This document shows positions 63,313 to 64,000 of a DNA stretch of 64,000 bases, piece after piece (the stretch's first letter is position 1; each line of letters begins with the position of its first letter). Location of the stretch: positions 32,001 through 96,000 of IMG/VR virus record IMGVR_UViG_3300023179_000030. One strand, given 5' to 3'. The DNA is from a virus. The notes under the pieces are model-generated. The model saw only the letters and a program-made list of their open reading frames with translations. It searched no databases and had not been told where the DNA came from. The position numbers were made by a program, and so were the translations under genes.

Positions 63313-63906
63313 ATGTTTGACAAAAATAATACAATAATTCAAGGCCATATTAAAATATATGACCCAGTCTCAGGGGAAGTTTTTCAAGACAGACCCAACG
63401 CTATTCATTATGAAAATATCAGTGAAGCATTAGCTCAAAGTTTGGGCAATAAAGGCACAGGCTTTATAGAATATATGGCTTTTGGCAACGGGGGAACAGC
63501 GGTGGACAGCACTGGGGTCATAACATATTTGCCTGCTAATACTTATGGTCAAAATGCAGCTCTATATAATCAAACTTATTCTAAAATAGTAGATAACACC
63601 AGCGCCTTAAATCTGGACCCTGCAAGAAATTATATTGAGGTACGACATACTCCGGGGTTAATATATACTGATTTGTTTGTTAGTTGCCTATTAGACTATG
63701 CTGAACCAGCAGATCAGCAAACATTTGACAACAGCGCTACTATGCAGGGTTCCTATGTATTTGATGAAATGGGACTGGTCAGTGGCAGCGGGAAATTGCT
63801 TACCCACGTGATTTTTCACCCTGCACAAAAAGCATTGAATAGATTAATACAAATTGATTACACAATTAGAATTCAGTCACTTACTAATCTAAGCAGCAAT
63901 TTGTAA
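63313..63906 (+). CDS. Virion/baseplate-associated protein (197 aa)
   Basis: GHIKIYDP...NAIHYEN...MAFGNGG...FDEMGL...LLTHVIFHP.QK..NR.IQIDYT.RI; fibre-attachment-like context. Confidence 0.65.
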   Translation: MFDKNNTIIQGHIKIYDPVSGEVFQDRPNAIHYENISEALAQSLGNKGTGFIEYMAFGNGGTAVDSTGVITYLPANTYGQNAALYNQTYSKIVDNTSALNLDPARNYIEVRHTPGLIYTDLFVSCLLDYAEPADQQTFDNSATMQGSYVFDEMGLVSGSGKLLTHVIFHPAQKALNRLIQIDYTIRIQSLTNLSSNL

Positions 63907-63924
63907 TAACTGGAATTACTGGAC

Positions 63925-64000
63925 ATGTCATATACTATAAACTTAACCAATGGTACAACATTAACAACGATTGATGACGGCACTATCAATAACACGTCAA
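63925..64000 (+). CDS. Start of next structural gene (partial)
   Basis: ATG 63925: MSYTINLTNGTTLTTIDDGTINNTS..., open to window end. Confidence 0.6.
   Translation, partial: MSYTINLTNGTTLTTIDDGTINNTS

Overview
A 64-kb segment of a large, AT-rich (roughly 35-40% GC by eye) T4-like tailed myophage genome read in the standard bacterial code. Left arm (minus strand): a partial GT4 glycosyltransferase, three collagen-like (Gly-X-Y) fibre proteins (two with Asn/Thr/Gly/Cys beta-solenoid repeats and C-terminal S74-type intramolecular chaperones), several virion accessory proteins, and the T4-type head module (gp23 capsid, gp22 scaffold, gp21 protease, acidic core protein, gp20 portal) with two free-standing endonuclease genes inserted. 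Middle: a tape-measure-like gene, a divergent gp26/gp51-like pair joined by a -1 slippery site, a ~560-bp structured non-coding region, and the sigma(gp55-like)-gp47-gp46-Holliday junction resolvase cluster. Right arm (plus strand): baseplate module (gp53-like, hub, gp5-like with lysozyme domain, gp25, gp6, a 4335-aa wedge protein). Most notable: (1) a ~350-nt multi-helix RNA-like element whose G-U pairs all favour the minus strand, running into DNA hairpins at the point where two transcription units converge; (2) gp46 (Rad50/SbcC) split inside its Walker A motif by an atypically split intein (43-aa N part, 123-aa C part) whose halves are separated by a single in-frame TAA and overlapped by a 25-codon possible endonuclease remnant; (3) a lambda G/GT-style -1 frameshift site; (4) a probable AUU start on the late sigma factor and several probable leaderless mRNAs. 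Product names rest on motif recognition and synteny only; no database searches were run.
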